From: Hypanus sabinus
Taxonomy: Eukaryota
Direction of reading: 5' to 3'
Length of the DNA stretch: 64,000 bases
Assembly: GCF_030144855.1 (NCBI RefSeq)
Contig: NC_082715.1
Span: 115,072,001-115,136,000 of the forward strand
The translations under genes were made by a program, and so were the position numbers. Below, one piece after another: positions 63,390 through 64,000 of the stretch. A model generated the notes under the pieces. That model made no database searches, was not told where the DNA came from, and saw nothing but the letters and a program-made list of their open reading frames with translations. The first letter of the stretch is position 1, and each line of letters starts with the position of its first letter.

Positions 63390-63711
63390 ACAACCGTTTA
63401 ATTCTTCACCATCTTCTGAAGATGGGCAGGTGAAGAAACAGACATGTTTACACTCTGGGATTCTTTCCAGAGTCTCCAGAATTGCTTACCCACACTTTGT
63501 GATGTGTGGTGGGGAATATGGTTTTCAGTTTGAACATGCGTGCGTGGGCACTGGCTACTCGAGCCACTCTTCTGTACATTGCTTAGACATTTGACTCACT
63601 CTTGGATTCTGTGCTTCATGCTGGCTGTTAGCAGGGCTTCAGAGCAAAGCCAGGCTCTCTGAACAGAGACTGAGTTGTTCATCTCTTCAGTTTTTAAAAA
63701 TTGGTGAAAAA

Positions 63712-63717
63712 AATAAA
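63712..63717 (+). terminator. Candidate SDE2 polyadenylation signal AATAAA
   Basis: About 320 nt after the stop codon, followed by a T-rich downstream stretch. Confidence 0.55.
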
Positions 63718-64000
63718 TATAGACTAGCTTTTAATTTTATGTTCTCAGCTTTTTTTTCTGCTGTGGTGCATCATTTGGGTGCCAGTCACCGACTGCTGAT
63801 GAGCATGTCCTTTTGGGTGTCGGTCACTGTTGATTCCCAGTGGATCCTGTGGGTGACAGTCACTGTTGACTTCGGTGACAGTGGGGGGGGGGGGGGGGGT
63901 ACTGAGGAGATCCTGGTTGGCTAATGCTACTCTCTGAGCAATGGACTTAAAACAAAGGAAAGAAGCTTGTTCCTGACTGGCATTGGACTTGGACTTGAAC

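Overview
Eukaryotic (vertebrate) genomic DNA. The repeat content (CR1, Rex1/Babar-like and Penelope-like retroelements, V-SINE and Deu-SINE fragments, Buster/Charlie hAT elements) suggests a cartilaginous fish, probably a ray; this is inference. Three intact spliced genes can be built exon by exon with GT-AG junctions in consistent phase. (1) Histone H3.3 (H3F3A-type) on the - strand: non-coding exon ~12107-12223 and coding exons 3272-3399, 1703-1856, 235-363, giving 136 aa. (2) SDE2 on the + strand, divergent from H3.3 about 3 kb away: 7 exons spanning 15177-63389, giving 396 aa. (3) A single Lefty (TGF-beta family Nodal antagonist) on the - strand: 4 exons spanning 34558-43556, giving 362 aa. 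The most notable structure is that the whole Lefty gene and about 19 kb of its upstream DNA lie antisense inside the 31.9-kb last intron of SDE2, whereas in mammals LEFTY2 lies downstream of SDE2 on the same strand. The same intron carries a candidate Nodal-feedback module: a TATA/SMAD/T-box promoter, a pair of FoxH1 sites about 5.5 kb upstream (reminiscent of the mouse Lefty2 ASE), a ~49-copy 34-bp minisatellite between them, and a miR-427/430-type site next to a Pumilio element in the Lefty 3' UTR. No prokaryote-type system (CRISPR etc.) is present. Repeat boundaries are approximate, and comparisons to other species come from memory rather than from searches.
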